Assembly (NCBI GenBank): GCA_030265395.1 | Contig: JARFYF010000050.1 | Location: 20,193,707-20,257,706 of the forward strand | Source of the DNA: Rhina ancylostomus | Taxonomy: Eukaryota | Direction: 5' to 3' | DNA length: 64,000 bases | Part shown: in pieces, positions 63,127-64,000 of the stretch | How positions within the stretch are numbered: the first letter of the stretch is position 1 | Layout: each line of letters starts with the position of its first letter | Program-made: the position numbers and the translations under genes | Notes under the pieces: generated by a model | What the model saw: only the letters and a program-made list of their open reading frames with translations | The model's database searches: none | What the model was told of the DNA's origin: nothing

Positions 63127-63470
63127 ATGGAGTCATAGAGAGAGACCCTTCGGCCCACCGAGTCTATGCTGACCATCAAGAACCCACTTATGCTGATCCT
63201 ACATTAATCCCATGTTTTATTCATCTGACTTCTCATCAATGCACCCAGATTCTACCACTTACTTACAGACTGGAGGCAATTTACAGTGACCAATTAAGCT
63301 ACTAACCTGCACATTTTTTGGATGTGGGGAGAAACCGGAGCACCTGGTAGAAACCCACACAGTCACAGGGAGAAGGTGCAAACTCCACACAAGCAGCACC
63401 CGAGGTTGGGATTGAACCCGGGTCTCTGGCACTGCGATGTAGTGGATGTACCAGTGGCACTACTGCACTG
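63127..63470 (-). mobile_element. HE1-like V-SINE, near full length
   Basis: Minus strand reads B box gggttcaatccc, V-domain tgtgtggagtttgcaccttctccctgtgactgtgtgggtttc...gctccggtttc, then a CR1-derived tail. Confidence 0.92.
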
Positions 63471-64000
63471 TTGATGCTGTAGGATGATATCAGATACAAC
63501 TCACAGCGTCAGCTTATGGCCCTTCCCGATGATTCAGCTGGAGAAAGCCAAAGGGAAACTTATAGGGAATGGGGAAATATCTATTGAAATGATGGGATGT
63601 GTGGTTGTGGGGGAACTACAGTTCTTATGTTTCATTCCCATGGCTTTTATTTTGCAACTCCATCCAGCTCCCAGCAGCGTGACCACAGGCAGGAGCTCAA
63701 GATGAGGAGGTACGTAGCCACAGACCCAAATTCAATCCCCTGTATAATACTTATCCATTCTCAAGGACAGCATTGACCAATGTACTGCCTTGGAAACTTC
63801 TCTCATTTCCTGCCTTCCTAAACTGTCTGTCATTGGTCCATCCAGATCCAGATTCTGTTTTGTGCTGAATTAGTCCCAATATAATTCCTGGACGAAATAT
63901 AGGGACCCTAATTTGGGCAGCTTGGCAATTAATGAACTAATTGTAGCCTCAGTGCCCTTGAGAATGTGCAGGCCATGAAAGAGAGGTTAGGATAGGTCCC

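Noticed and set aside
63380-63470. tRNA-like A/B boxes
   Set aside because: This is the head of a V-SINE; there is no complete cloverleaf.
1-64000. CRISPR arrays, operons, rRNA or other prokaryotic systems
   Set aside because: No regularly spaced repeats or gene-dense regions; the sequence is vertebrate nuclear DNA.

Overview
AT-rich, CpG-poor vertebrate genomic DNA with several assembly gaps. The repeat content (HE1-type V-SINEs, CR1/HER1 LINE ends, Penelope-like elements, L2, Deu-domain SINE, Tigger relics) points to a cartilaginous fish, probably a ray or other batoid (inference). Only one coding exon is confidently recognised: a 114-nt minus-strand myosin-I motor-domain exon, best matching MYO1H, at 62706-62819. 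I found none of its downstream exons in the remaining ~62 kb. The most notable unexplained structure is a dense run of minus-strand exon-like segments with canonical splice sites at ~25.5-33.5 kb and ~42-45 kb, plus isolated pieces between. They translate into protein-like sequence I cannot assign to a family and carry scattered stops, so they are a candidate decayed gene (unitary pseudogene) or a spliced non-coding transcript. Other points of interest are a 70-nt CpG-retaining hairpin at ~3.7 kb, head-to-head Penelope termini with degenerate hammerhead cores, and a few enhancer-like blocks. All family assignments come from recalled motifs, not from database searches, and repeat boundaries are approximate.
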